From a virus (lineage: Duplodnaviria; Caudoviricetes), in IMG/VR virus record IMGVR_UViG_3300037790_000016, positions 1 to 47,548 of that record: DNA of 47,548 nucleotides; one strand, given 5' to 3'. Positions 34,861 through 45,490 of the stretch are shown piece by piece (position 1 is the first letter of the stretch; the number at the start of each line of letters is the position of its first letter). Made by a program: the position numbers and the translations under genes. The notes below the pieces were generated by a model. It was not told the DNA's origin, did not search any database, and saw nothing but the letters and a program-made list of their open reading frames with translations.

Positions 34861-37800
34861 ATGGCTACATTAAAGACCGATATAACAGCTGATGCGAGTC
34901 AGTTTCTCAAAGTAATAAAAGATGTTTTAAAGTCAGCAGAACAAGCTCAGAAAGCAATAACAGACGCTTTTAATGAGAACGCTGATATTAAGATAGATGA
35001 CTCTGGTATTAAAAGTGCCATAGACGAAGTAAACCGATTAGAGAAAGAACTATCTGGCTTGTCAGGTGGTGTTAAGATAGACGACTCCGAAGTAAAGAAA
35101 ACACAAAAAGAATTAAAAGATATTGACGGCACTACTTTAAATGTAGATGTCGAAACAAGTGGGTTATCAGGTCTTACAGACGCTTTCAGTGGTGCTTTAG
35201 CTGGTGGTGTCTTAGGTGGTGGGTTAGCTGGTTTAGCTACAGCTGGTCTGGAAGCCGTAGTAAGTGGCTTTTCAGATGCAATAGCTTTAGGGAATGAGTT
35301 TAACACGGCACTCGGAGACTTACAAGCTAAGACAGGAGCTACTACTGAGGAAATGAAAGAGCTTGAACAAGCTTCAAAAGATGCTTTTTTAGGTGGGGTT
35401 GGTGAGTCAGTAGCAGAAGCTACTCAAATACTCGGTAATACTCAAATAAGGTTGGGAGATATATTCTCTACAAAAGAGATTAGCGACTTTACAGCCCAAG
35501 CCCAAGCATTAGCAACTACCTTTGATTTAGATGTAAACGAAGTAGTTACAAAAGCAACTCCATTAATAAAACAATACGGACTATCGGCTCAGGAAGCTTT
35601 TGAAACAATAGCATTCAGTTTGCAAAATGGAGCGAACGCTCAGGACGATATTTTAGACTCTTTCGCTGAGTATTCACAATTAGCTCAGGAAGCTGGGTTT
35701 TCAGCTCAGGAGTTAGGAATATTAATATCCCAAGCTGGTGAGGATGGGGCTTTTAATACTGATAAGTTAGTAGACTCTTTAAAAGAGGCTCAAATTCGTA
35801 TTAATGCTGGTGACTATAAAGATGCCTTCAAAGGACTAAAAGACGGTGCGGACGAAGCTCAAAAAGGTGTTATTAGCTCAGTAGAAGCTATAATACAAAA
35901 AGCTGACTCAGGTGAGTTGTCAATAAAAGATGCTTTAGCATTATCTACAAAAGAAATAGAGGAAGCTTACGACTCTGGTCAAATTTCAGACGCTATACGT
36001 TCGCAGTTACAAGTAGCTATTGCTGGTACACCAGCTGAGGATTTAGGAGCTGATTTATATGCCAAAGCTTTTGGAGCTGATATACCTCAGGATGTAATAG
36101 ATGCACAATTTCAGGAAGCTGGGGCTTCAATATCCAATGCAATAGGACAATACACCTCTTTTGATGCTGTTACAAGGCAATTTGAGTTATTCATTACTGA
36201 AGTTTCGCAAGGTTTAATATCCTTTGCTGACACGGTAATAGCTCCGTTAATAGGTGGTGTTATAGAAATTATCGGAGGTGTTAAAGATGCTTTTGATAGT
36301 GTTTTTGGAGACTTTGAACTCGGTGGTGTTACTGATGAGTTAAGCGGTCTGTTAGATGTATTTAATATAATAGTCAACTTTTTAAAAGATAGAGTAGAAG
36401 CGACATTCAGAGCCGTATTTGGATTTATTAGAAGTGTAATAGAGTCCGTACAAGATGTATTTAGACCATTAATAGAGTTAGTAGGTGAGTTAGCAAACTC
36501 TTTCGGTGGTGCTGGGTCTATATTTGAAGACTTTGGCGACATTATGAAAGATGTCGGAGATATTATAGGTCTTGTTGGTGGTCTTATCTTTGATTTGCTC
36601 ATAACACCATTAGAATTTACTGTAAACATCTTAGCTGATGTAATAACAGAGTTTTTAGAATTTATCGGCGTGTTAGGTGAAACTGAAAGCTCTGGCTCTA
36701 TTGTTTCAGATGTACTCAACTTCATTAAGGAAGCTTTAGAAAATATTAAGGGTACTATCGGTGGCGTGGTTAGTGCTTTTGACGCTTTAAAAGACGCTCT
36801 AACAAGTTTAGATTTAGGTAGTATAGTAAGTGACCTATTGAGTGGTAAAAATCCTTTTGAGGGTATAACAGACCAGATAGAAGATGCTTACGATAAAGGA
36901 TTTAATAAAGCTACTGGAAAATTTGAAGATGCTTTAGATGACCAGGTAGACGCTAACTCCAAAGCTTATGAGCAAATAAGCAAAGATATTGAGACCTTAG
37001 CAAATAACAGAGCTAATCTATCCAATAAAGAGTTAGCAAACGAAAAACGAAAATTACAAGGTATAATAGACTCTAATTTAGAAGCTAACGAATTAATCAA
37101 ACAAGATGCTATTAAGTTAGAAAACCAACTCGGTCAAATTAAAGTAATTAACCCTAGTAGTGTAGAAGATGCTAAGGTAGATATAGTAGACCTCTCAAAC
37201 TTCATTACTGATTTACTGTCAAAAGAACCATTCAAAATCAATACTGAATTTGAACTTTCAGATATTGGAATTGAAGACGCTTTGGATTTCTTTAACAATG
37301 GTACGGCTCTTACTGGTGATAAAGATATATTAGCAGAGATTAACAAAGAACTTGAAAGAGTAGCAGAGCTTAAAGAGTCTATTACTGAAACTGACCAGTT
37401 TATAGAGTTACAAATTGAAGGTAAAGACCAGATAATTAGTGACTTGTCAAGTGTACGTAATGAAAATGACAAGCTACTTAACCAATTAGAAGATAGAAGA
37501 CTTGATTTATCTCAACAAATAGCATTTTCTAATACTGATGAGCAACGTAACCAATTACTAAAAGAGTTAGACACTTTACAAGATGAGATTATAGCTCAGA
37601 CTATAAAAACATCTACAAAATCTAATCTAACAAGGGAAGAGTTAGAGACACTATCAAATGAGCGTATAAAGAAGCTAAGACTAGAAAGCTTAGAAGAGTT
37701 AAACAAAGAAATATTAGACAAGGAAAAAGCTCTTAATGACTTAAAAGCTGACTTTACTACTACGAGCGAAAGAGATTTACAAAAGTTAAGATTAGAATTA

Positions 37801-39048
37801 GCAGACGAAACAAACGAAAATCTAAAGCAAAAAGAGATATTACAAGCTGAGGAACGGTTCGCAGACTTACTAAATAAATTTAGAGATAGTGAGGAAGCTA
37901 AGTTACTAATCAAACAAGCGTACGATGACGAATTAAGAGCTATTGATAAGAAATATACCGTATCGGTTACATCTTTATATGAAGACTTAGCTAAAACCTT
38001 TGCAGAGTCCATATCGAGTTACGACCCTCAAAGCATAATAGACAAAAATAAGGAAGTCGAAGACTCGATAAGCTCTGTAAAAAGTGAGTACGAAGCTGAG
38101 ACCGAAGCTTTAAATAAACAATTAAAGAACCGTACTATTGACTATTCAGAGTACAATAAAGAGATATTAAGATTAGAAACTGAGAAAAATGAGAAATTAA
38201 AAGAATTAGAGACGGAGCGTTTTGGTTTTGTTGATATTATTAATGACCAACTAACAGAGTCTTTTAAGAAATTAGCTGAGAATGTAAAACAAACTTTCGC
38301 AGAGCAGAGCCAAGCCGTAATAGGTTACCAAGACAAACTAACAGACTACCAAAAGCAATTAGAAGACGGTACTATAACAGAGTTAGAATATAACGAATTA
38401 ACTACCCAAGCACAAAAAGACAAAGAAAAGGCATTAACAGAGTCTTACGAAGCTATTGCGGTGGCGTCTGGTGCTACCTTAGCTTCATTAATAGCAGACG
38501 GTGAGTCATTCACTACAGCACTTGCAAAAACAGCTTTAGAGGGATTACAAGCTCTCGTACCAGTATTTATAGCTGAGATATTTGGTCAGTCTTTAGGTCA
38601 ATTAGGTCCTATTGCTGGTCCTGCGGTGGCTGGTGCTTTAACAGCAACCTTACAAGGTCTTATTGCAGTTGCACAATCCAGTATCGGTGGTGCTAATGAC
38701 GGTGTTATCGGTCTTAATGAGTCCAACAAAGGTAAACCAAAAGGAAATGACTCTATACTTATGATGTTAGCTCCGAATGAGTCAGTAATTACAAGCTCTG
38801 GAACGGCTAAAAACAAGCCGTATTTAGAGTTTATCAATAAGGGTGGGTCAATAGCTGACTTAATCAATCCAAATGTTTACAGCTCCGATATGAGTGAAAC
38901 TAACAAACGAATAGATGAGACTAATAGAAGATTACAAGGTCTTGAAAGTAGCTTTAAGCATTTAAGAGTAGACCACTTCTACGACAAACAACCGAAAGTA
39001 TTTGTAAATAATAAAATTGAATTGAAAAGCTCAAGAGGTGTTTTATAA
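34861..39048 (+). CDS. Tape measure protein (1395 aa)
   Basis: Very long helical A/G/L-rich protein; I.ADAS.F N-terminus; GAFNTDKL.DS.KE motif. Confidence 0.95.
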   Translation: MATLKTDITADASQFLKVIKDVLKSAEQAQKAITDAFNENADIKIDDSGIKSAIDEVNRLEKELSGLSGGVKIDDSEVKKTQKELKDIDGTTLNVDVETSGLSGLTDAFSGALAGGVLGGGLAGLATAGLEAVVSGFSDAIALGNEFNTALGDLQAKTGATTEEMKELEQASKDAFLGGVGESVAEATQILGNTQIRLGDIFSTKEISDFTAQAQALATTFDLDVNEVVTKATPLIKQYGLSAQEAFETIAFSLQNGANAQDDILDSFAEYSQLAQEAGFSAQELGILISQAGEDGAFNTDKLVDSLKEAQIRINAGDYKDAFKGLKDGADEAQKGVISSVEAIIQKADSGELSIKDALALSTKEIEEAYDSGQISDAIRSQLQVAIAGTPAEDLGADLYAKAFGADIPQDVIDAQFQEAGASISNAIGQYTSFDAVTRQFELFITEVSQGLISFADTVIAPLIGGVIEIIGGVKDAFDSVFGDFELGGVTDELSGLLDVFNIIVNFLKDRVEATFRAVFGFIRSVIESVQDVFRPLIELVGELANSFGGAGSIFEDFGDIMKDVGDIIGLVGGLIFDLLITPLEFTVNILADVITEFLEFIGVLGETESSGSIVSDVLNFIKEALENIKGTIGGVVSAFDALKDALTSLDLGSIVSDLLSGKNPFEGITDQIEDAYDKGFNKATGKFEDALDDQVDANSKAYEQISKDIETLANNRANLSNKELANEKRKLQGIIDSNLEANELIKQDAIKLENQLGQIKVINPSSVEDAKVDIVDLSNFITDLLSKEPFKINTEFELSDIGIEDALDFFNNGTALTGDKDILAEINKELERVAELKESITETDQFIELQIEGKDQIISDLSSVRNENDKLLNQLEDRRLDLSQQIAFSNTDEQRNQLLKELDTLQDEIIAQTIKTSTKSNLTREELETLSNERIKKLRLESLEELNKEILDKEKALNDLKADFTTTSERDLQKLRLELADETNENLKQKEILQAEERFADLLNKFRDSEEAKLLIKQAYDDELRAIDKKYTVSVTSLYEDLAKTFAESISSYDPQSIIDKNKEVEDSISSVKSEYEAETEALNKQLKNRTIDYSEYNKEILRLETEKNEKLKELETERFGFVDIINDQLTESFKKLAENVKQTFAEQSQAVIGYQDKLTDYQKQLEDGTITELEYNELTTQAQKDKEKALTESYEAIAVASGATLASLIADGESFTTALAKTALEGLQALVPVFIAEIFGQSLGQLGPIAGPAVAGALTATLQGLIAVAQSSIGGANDGVIGLNESNKGKPKGNDSILMMLAPNESVITSSGTAKNKPYLEFINKGGSIADLINPNVYSSDMSETNKRIDETNRRLQGLESSFKHLRVDHFYDKQPKVFVNNKIELKSSRGVL

Positions 39049-39509
39049 TGATAGCAACTGTAACTATATACGGTGCTGATACTGACGTGGCGTCTAATCC
39101 TATTGTAGCTGACAATACAGCTATTGAAGCTCTTTCAGGGTATGGAAGTGTTGAGTTAAATGTAGACTGGGTAGAACCGAAACCGTACAACGAAGGCGAG
39201 ATACAAACTTATTTGAATAGTTACCAATTCGCGGTTAATGGTTATAGACTTGGTTACAATTTAGTATCTGAGTGGGTCGATTTTCCGAGTTCTACTACTG
39301 CATTAACTACTGACTTTGGTTTTTTAGATGTTATCAATTTCAAATATCATTGGATTTGTCTAAATGACTATCCTTATACTACTTATAGCTCACCAACTAC
39401 AAAGAGTTTAAGAATTAATATAGAGGATTACGATTTGATAAGTGAGGGTGGTAAGAAATACTGGCGTATTACATTGAAAGAAGTTAAACAAAATATGGCA
39501 CGTAGTTAA
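39048..39509 (+). CDS. Putative distal tail protein
   Basis: Position after TMP. Confidence 0.55.
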   Translation: MIATVTIYGADTDVASNPIVADNTAIEALSGYGSVELNVDWVEPKPYNEGEIQTYLNSYQFAVNGYRLGYNLVSEWVDFPSSTTALTTDFGFLDVINFKYHWICLNDYPYTTYSSPTTKSLRINIEDYDLISEGGKKYWRITLKEVKQNMARS

Positions 39510-41365
39510 TGGCTTTTGATTTACAAAACGATTATTTCATATCACAATTTACTGGCGGTGATGGTAATACTTATGAAATACAATTCTATCCAGCCCATAA
39601 TCTTGATGTAACAAGTGCAAACGGTGAATATTTTTTAGATAATCAGATATTCCCAGAAATAAAAGGTAGTGTTAGTTTACCAGATAATGTACCGTTTGGA
39701 ATGACTACGGCACGTAGTTTAGAGCTGAAAGTAAACTTAGCGAACTTCTCAGGGGATTACGAAGATGTCGCTACTCAGATAGTCAGAGGGCGTTCGGCTT
39801 CGACTCGTACTGTTAATGGACGTGATATATATATACCTAATGTTTGGAGGTTGTTTGGTGGTACGAATACTGATTATTACTATGCACAACTACCAAGCGA
39901 ACAAGATATAGATATTAGCAAAGGGAAAGCCGAATATACTATTAGTTTGATTGGTATTGAAAAAGCAATATTTGAACAATTAAGTATTGAAGATTTAGAC
40001 TTAGACAGCTTAACACCAACTTATAATATAGATACTGATAACTCACCGTCAAAAATTATTTGGGATATTGCTTACGATGTTGGTAGCTCTGATTATAGAT
40101 ACATAGGACAAGAGCCAAACAATAGAATGAAGTTATATAGCAACTCAGCATTTTTCACAAATATAGAGACTAAAGCTGACAACATTTTAGACGCCATAGG
40201 AAGAGGGTTCTATTCAGATAATTGCACAATCGGAATAACAGATATTGACGATATATGGACGTTTTACGAACAAGATATAACAACTAATCATAGTAAAAGT
40301 GCTACTACAGTTGACTTTGAAGACTTGTTAATTATCGGTGGTGTTATAGATGGTGACGGTAATTATAATGACGGCTTTTTTGACCCATCTAAAAATGGGA
40401 TTTACTCTTATAACAATGTATGGAGTTACTTAAGACAATTATGTAATTCTATGAAGTTAAAAGGTGTTTGGACAGACTCGTTTACCTTAAACTTTTACCC
40501 AGCTTTAGATAGTATCTCAGCAACAAATGACGTAGGAGCTTTAGACCCTAAAGAGTTTAAGTTAGCACCTACAGCTAATTATATTAGCCAAGCGACTGCT
40601 TTTGTGTTAGGTTCTGGTAGTGCTGATAAAGATGAGTATAGAGCTATATCTGATTACGGTTCTTTAGATGGTGATAGTCAAGATAGTGAATTAATGTATA
40701 ATACTTACACTTTGAAATTTTTAGAGGGTTTGGAAGCTGGTAAGGAAGACGGTAGTAATGATAAATTCGTAGACACAGCTTCAGAGTTAAGACGTAAGCA
40801 AAACGCCTCCACACGTAGCTATTACTATCAAAAGAGCCAAAATAGCAGAAATTACTGGAAAGTACACGAAGACTGCGACTTAGATATTGGTGGTGGTAAT
40901 GCTACTATAAGTGGTAATACTGATTATACTTCTATTACTTACCCAGACCATACAGGGAGTGATATTACTGATAGATTGCCAGAGTTTAGCGGTCTTGAAA
41001 CTTTTATAGACAGTATGGAAAGAGATGGAAGACAAGAGCTTTGGGGTTATGCCTTAGTAGTAGACATAGCTAATAGACAACAATACTACGGAATGGGTTA
41101 TAATGCCGTAGAGGGTGTAAAAGCTATTTTAGGTAATACTCAACAAGGTGTTTTAACTGCTAAGTTAGGTTATCAAATAGACAGCTCAACTAATTTAGAT
41201 TTATCAAAAATTGGTGAAGCGTTTACAATAGACTTAGACACCGTATCTGAGATACCAAGTCTCGGTACATTTTCAGGAAAGTTAATATTGACTTCAATAG
41301 ACTACGACTTTATAACTGGTGATATTGATTGTGAATTTTTTATGAGAGGTGATGCTGGTGCTTAA
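39509..41365 (+). CDS. Putative tail tip / hub protein
   Basis: 618-aa acidic protein in the tail module. Confidence 0.6.
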   Translation: MAFDLQNDYFISQFTGGDGNTYEIQFYPAHNLDVTSANGEYFLDNQIFPEIKGSVSLPDNVPFGMTTARSLELKVNLANFSGDYEDVATQIVRGRSASTRTVNGRDIYIPNVWRLFGGTNTDYYYAQLPSEQDIDISKGKAEYTISLIGIEKAIFEQLSIEDLDLDSLTPTYNIDTDNSPSKIIWDIAYDVGSSDYRYIGQEPNNRMKLYSNSAFFTNIETKADNILDAIGRGFYSDNCTIGITDIDDIWTFYEQDITTNHSKSATTVDFEDLLIIGGVIDGDGNYNDGFFDPSKNGIYSYNNVWSYLRQLCNSMKLKGVWTDSFTLNFYPALDSISATNDVGALDPKEFKLAPTANYISQATAFVLGSGSADKDEYRAISDYGSLDGDSQDSELMYNTYTLKFLEGLEAGKEDGSNDKFVDTASELRRKQNASTRSYYYQKSQNSRNYWKVHEDCDLDIGGGNATISGNTDYTSITYPDHTGSDITDRLPEFSGLETFIDSMERDGRQELWGYALVVDIANRQQYYGMGYNAVEGVKAILGNTQQGVLTAKLGYQIDSSTNLDLSKIGEAFTIDLDTVSEIPSLGTFSGKLILTSIDYDFITGDIDCEFFMRGDAGA

Positions 41366-42893
41366 TAAAGTTGAAAGTAAATATCTAACTAAAAGAAATA
41401 TAATAGGATTACAGCAAATACCCAGACCAGATGGAGGTGGTATATTTACTGGCTCTACAGTTTCAGATGTATTAGAACCTATTATAGTAGTTGACTATGT
41501 AACCTTAACTAATTACGATTTGGACGGTACTGAAACAATAGACGGTGTGAGTCCTTCAAATGGTTCTATATTATTAGTAGCTAACCAAACGGACGCGAGC
41601 GAGAATGGTATTTATGTTTATTCTACTGGTGGGGCGTGGGGACGTAAGACTGGATTGAAAGGTGGTTATGTTATAAGTGTTAAAAGAGGTGACACGAAAG
41701 CTGAGACGCTCTGGATAGTACAATCTGATGACTTTGAAGAGGGTGTAGACGATATTGATATTATAGAGCAAAATTTAACTAGAAAAGCTGGTGACTTTGC
41801 TGGGTTTTCTACGTTCAGTTTAACCACTTCGGATATTCTATTAGCTGAGGATGTAAGCAATTCAGATGCAAAGGGTAAAGTTACTGTAAATGACATAGTA
41901 TCTTTAGCTGACGGTGGGTCTCAATTAGACACAACTGAAAAAACTTACTTTGTATCTCCAAATTTTACACAAACTGGTCAGTTTTATAACGACTTAGAAG
42001 ATGCCTTAGACGATGCTAATTTAACAGCTGACGTATATACTATAATAGTATTTAAAGGCACTTATACAGGTAATTTTGACGTGCAAGGTCAAATGGTCTA
42101 CTGTATGCCAGAAGTTGAAATAAAAACAACTAACAAAGCATTCCCAGTAATTACAGTAGGTACTAATGGTAAATGGTTAGGACACGCTATAATAATTGAT
42201 AATCCTACATCAGGTTATGCCGTTGAATTAGACGATAACACCGAATTTGAATTTCACACTTGTATAGAGGATGATAATGCTATAGAAGTAACTGCTGAAG
42301 CGTCTGGCGACGTGTATATAAGGGGTAATAGGGTTGGTAAGGTTTACACAGAGTCACACGAATTAAAGACATATATAGACGTAGAAACTATATCTGAGGT
42401 AGCGTGGGCAGACTCTGGGGAGTGCTATATTGAATGCAAAGAATTTGAAACTGTAGCGACTGTGACTGCTGGTACTGTTAGGATTAATGCCGATAGATAT
42501 TTAGCTGAGGACACTCGTATATTTGACGTTTCAACTGGTACTCTAATAGCTTCAGGACGTGCTGAGGATTTTGACGAAGCTGAGAACACTACTACTGGTG
42601 CTGGGTTTCCTATCTTGCAGACTGGCGGTACTATTCAGTTAAATAATTTCTTTTGTCATAATGACCAAGGCGGTATAGTCTTTGGCTCATCTGGGACTTT
42701 AAAGTGTGCTAACACTACATTAGAAGCTGGGACGGCTGGTGGTGGTGGTACTGCTAACACTATATACAGTCCTGTGTTTGGGGCTTACACAGTTCTTTAC
42801 AACAACTCAACAAGTCTTAATTCCAACCCACACGCCAACGTAACTGAGGTAGCAACTGGTAATAAAGTACAAAACGCTTCGATAACAATTTAA
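41349..42893 (+). CDS. Tail fibre / receptor-binding protein with a probable beta-helix
   Basis: LDGTETIDGV...LLVANQTDASENGIY anchor motif; YFVSP...LEDAL...I.V..GTY beta-helix start. Confidence 0.7.
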   Translation: MMLVLNKVESKYLTKRNIIGLQQIPRPDGGGIFTGSTVSDVLEPIIVVDYVTLTNYDLDGTETIDGVSPSNGSILLVANQTDASENGIYVYSTGGAWGRKTGLKGGYVISVKRGDTKAETLWIVQSDDFEEGVDDIDIIEQNLTRKAGDFAGFSTFSLTTSDILLAEDVSNSDAKGKVTVNDIVSLADGGSQLDTTEKTYFVSPNFTQTGQFYNDLEDALDDANLTADVYTIIVFKGTYTGNFDVQGQMVYCMPEVEIKTTNKAFPVITVGTNGKWLGHAIIIDNPTSGYAVELDDNTEFEFHTCIEDDNAIEVTAEASGDVYIRGNRVGKVYTESHELKTYIDVETISEVAWADSGECYIECKEFETVATVTAGTVRINADRYLAEDTRIFDVSTGTLIASGRAEDFDEAENTTTGAGFPILQTGGTIQLNNFFCHNDQGGIVFGSSGTLKCANTTLEAGTAGGGGTANTIYSPVFGAYTVLYNNSTSLNSNPHANVTEVATGNKVQNASITI

Positions 42894-42902
42894 AAGGTAA
42901 GA

Positions 42903-43769
42903 ATGCAACCAAGTAATAAGACTCTTAAAAGAGTCAGAGACGAATATTATAGAGATAGAGATATTAAGAGAGTCGCTAATCAGTTTAATCTTAGCGAAAA
43001 TACTATTAACCATTACTTAAATGTATCATTAAAGACGAAAAAATACATAATACTATCAGATGTTCACGTACCATTTCATAATGAAGTATTAGTCAATAAA
43101 GTAATTGAGTTATGCCATCGTAAAAAATTTGACGGTCTTATTTTTAATGGTGATTTTTTAGACTTGTACTCAATAGCGAGTTTTAACGACAATTCAGTAG
43201 CAAGGTTACAAGGTGTTACATTAGGTCGAGAATATGAGCAAGGACGTGAGGTATTAGATAGATTTGACGAAATAGATTTTGACGAAAAGGTATTTTTGTT
43301 TGGTAATCACGAAGAGCGGTTTGATAGGTTTATTCAAAAGGGAGATAATGCTAAGTTAATTGGTGCTTTGGGTAGACCAGAGGATGAGTTAGAACTTGAA
43401 AAGCGTGGATACAAGGTTATAACAGACTATCCAGACGGCTTTTATAAGTTAGGACATAGCTTAGAAGTTATACACGGCACATATACGAATATGCACCCAT
43501 CTAAAAAGCACTTACAGGAGTTTAAGACTTCAGTAATTTTTGGACACACTCACAGAATGGACTCTTACTTTGATGGTGAGTTTGGAGCTTGGAATATCGG
43601 TGGGCTATATGATAAAAAAAGTGACGGTTTTAAATATGTTAGTCGAGCTGTTAGACGTAAGTGGGTCAACGGCTTCGCTATTGTTAATATAGATGAGTTA
43701 GGTAATCATTACGTTGAAATGATTAATTGTTATAATAATAATTTTTATGCAGAGGGTATGTATTTATGA
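42903..43769 (+). CDS. Calcineurin-like metallophosphoesterase with an N-terminal HTH
   Basis: SDVH, NGDFLD, GNHE, IHG, FGHTH; N-terminal IKRVANQFNLSENTI. Confidence 0.85.
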   Translation: MQPSNKTLKRVRDEYYRDRDIKRVANQFNLSENTINHYLNVSLKTKKYIILSDVHVPFHNEVLVNKVIELCHRKKFDGLIFNGDFLDLYSIASFNDNSVARLQGVTLGREYEQGREVLDRFDEIDFDEKVFLFGNHEERFDRFIQKGDNAKLIGALGRPEDELELEKRGYKVITDYPDGFYKLGHSLEVIHGTYTNMHPSKKHLQEFKTSVIFGHTHRMDSYFDGEFGAWNIGGLYDKKSDGFKYVSRAVRRKWVNGFAIVNIDELGNHYVEMINCYNNNFYAEGMYL

Positions 43770-43874
43770 GCGAAACACAATTGAAAGAATATATTAGGTT
43801 GTCGAAGATATTATTAAGAGACCCGAAAATACAAAACTCACAAAAGGTTTATATTAACGGGCTTGTTAAGTATC

Positions 43875-44336
43875 TTACCAAGCATAGCCCCAAAGGGTTA
43901 AGTTCTTAGTATTGAAATAAGTGATTGTTTTTAGGTCTTCTCTGTACGTTATAGTAATATCTCCCTTTGTAAGCTCCCAGCCGTCTTCTACTTGTTGGTA
44001 AGCGTAACCATAATAGACGTTGTTATTTACAGGGTTTTTATTTATTCTAAAGTCCATATTTCCTATATAGTACCATTCGTCATCAGCACCTAAAACAAAG
44101 TCTGTATATGCTTTTATTTCGTGGTATTCAGTATGGCAACCGTTTTCAAAGACTGTATATGTAAACTCATTAGAATTATCTTTATTGGTTATGTAAGCAT
44201 CTCCAATAGTTGTTTGTGTTTTACCATAAAGACCACCCATTTCTATATTAATAACATCGGTTTTCAATTCGCTTGGTGTGTTTGATTGCTCACACGCTAC
44301 TAAAAATAGTAAGAATGGTATAAGTAAGTATTTCAT
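43875..44336 (-). CDS. Moron lipoprotein
   Basis: MKYLLIPFLLFLVA-C signal peptide with lipobox. Confidence 0.75.
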   Translation of the reverse strand: MKYLLIPFLLFLVACEQSNTPSELKTDVINIEMGGLYGKTQTTIGDAYITNKDNSNEFTYTVFENGCHTEYHEIKAYTDFVLGADDEWYYIGNMDFRINKNPVNNNVYYGYAYQQVEDGWELTKGDITITYREDLKTITYFNTKNLTLWGYAW

Positions 44337-44364
44337 ATCGTTTTTATAAATGTTAAACATAGTT

Positions 44365-44455
44365 CTAATTTAATCAATTCTTACCATATATACAAACGGA
44401 ATTCAGAAAAGTTTCAATAAATAATTTGTATATATAATTTTATTTATTAATTTTG
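44365..44455. promoter_or_regulatory. Divergent FCB-type promoters for the two moron membrane genes
   Basis: Minus: TTTG-N20-TAAATTAG (44396-44365); plus: TTTG-N19-TAATTTTG (44425-44455). Confidence 0.6.
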
Positions 44456-44537
44456 CATTACTCAATTAATATAACTCGACAATATTGATATGAGTAAGAA
44501 AACTCTTATATTGAGTTTTTTCATTACGGGAGTTAAT

Positions 44538-45047
44538 ATGAAACAAAGTAAAGACTATACCACGGCGTTTTATCTATCCATTTTCTTAGGTATTTGGGGT
44601 GTAGATAGATTTTACATAGGAAATATAGGTTTAGGTGTTTTGAAATTATTTACTGGTGGTGGTTTTTTAATATGGTGGATTGTAGATATATTTAAAATGC
44701 GAGATTTAAAGAATAAGCAAGAACACAATAAACGGGTTGCTGAGAAACTAGATTATATCAAATCAAATCCAAAACATAAAAGGTCTTTTGATTTAGCTGA
44801 GAAATATGGTACTGATACAGCGAGACGTATAATTAAGAAACAGCCTGTAGTGGGTGACCATAGGAGAATAATAACAGATATGTTTGATAGTGCTTTATAC
44901 GATATTTCCCACGTGCAAGGTGAAACCTACAATTACCGTTTTTACACTAAAGGTAAAACTGATGAATATGAAATGATAATAAGAATTGAAGACGATTATG
45001 TGACGGAGATAATAGATAAGAGAAAAAACAGGAAAAAACACAAATAA
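44538..45047 (+). CDS. TM2-domain membrane protein (moron)
   Basis: [39 protein letters not shown]; GGGAG RBS before 44538. Confidence 0.85.
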   Translation: MKQSKDYTTAFYLSIFLGIWGVDRFYIGNIGLGVLKLFTGGGFLIWWIVDIFKMRDLKNKQEHNKRVAEKLDYIKSNPKHKRSFDLAEKYGTDTARRIIKKQPVVGDHRRIITDMFDSALYDISHVQGETYNYRFYTKGKTDEYEMIIRIEDDYVTEIIDKRKNRKKHK

Positions 45048-45048
45048 A

Positions 45049-45079
45049 TTTGCATTGTAATATATTTTTATTATATTGC
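45049..45079 (+). promoter_or_regulatory. Promoter for the antirepressor operon
   Basis: TTTG-N19-TATATTGC. Confidence 0.55.
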
Positions 45080-45135
45080 AAATGACCATTGCCTAGTTTC
45101 TAGGAAAATCGTTCTTAATACTATTGAAATAAATT

Positions 45136-45227
45136 AAACTTGGGTGAGCGACGCGGTGTAAGTCCGTCTTTCATATCTATACGGTTTTCCGTATTGGGTG
45201 ATGGTCAGCGACTCACCCTTTAAGTTT
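45136..45227 (+). ncRNA. c4-like antisense RNA candidate
   Basis: GGGTGAG/CTCACCC closing stem, two inner hairpins, and segment 45193-45207 complementary to 45083-45097 and 45255-45268. Confidence 0.7.
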
Positions 45228-45253
45228 TATTAATATAATATATAGGTGTAATT

Positions 45254-45490
45254 ATGACCATCACCAATCAAAGTGTAAACAACACACTAAAACAAGCTAC
45301 AGAGCAAAATGTTCTGGCTCAACTTACCGACTTGGCTAATGAAACGCCAACTTTACTTAACGATATATACTTCATATATCTAAAAGACTCAGACGCGTAC
45401 AAACAACTTAACGAAGTAGAAAAAGAGGATATTGACTATCTTTTTTGTTTACTTAATGACTCATTCTTAAAGCTTCAGGGGGTGTCGTAA
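45254..45490 (+). CDS. Small protein coupled to the antirepressor (icd-like position)
   Basis: AGGTG RBS; TAATG overlap with the next gene. Confidence 0.7.
   Translation: MTITNQSVNNTLKQATEQNVLAQLTDLANETPTLLNDIYFIYLKDSDAYKQLNEVEKEDIDYLFCLLNDSFLKLQGVS

Noticed and set aside
34947-38867. Minus-strand ORFs within the tape measure gene (e.g. 36111..36725)
   Set aside because: Shadow ORFs opposite a strong coding frame; S/I/L-rich translations and no RBS.
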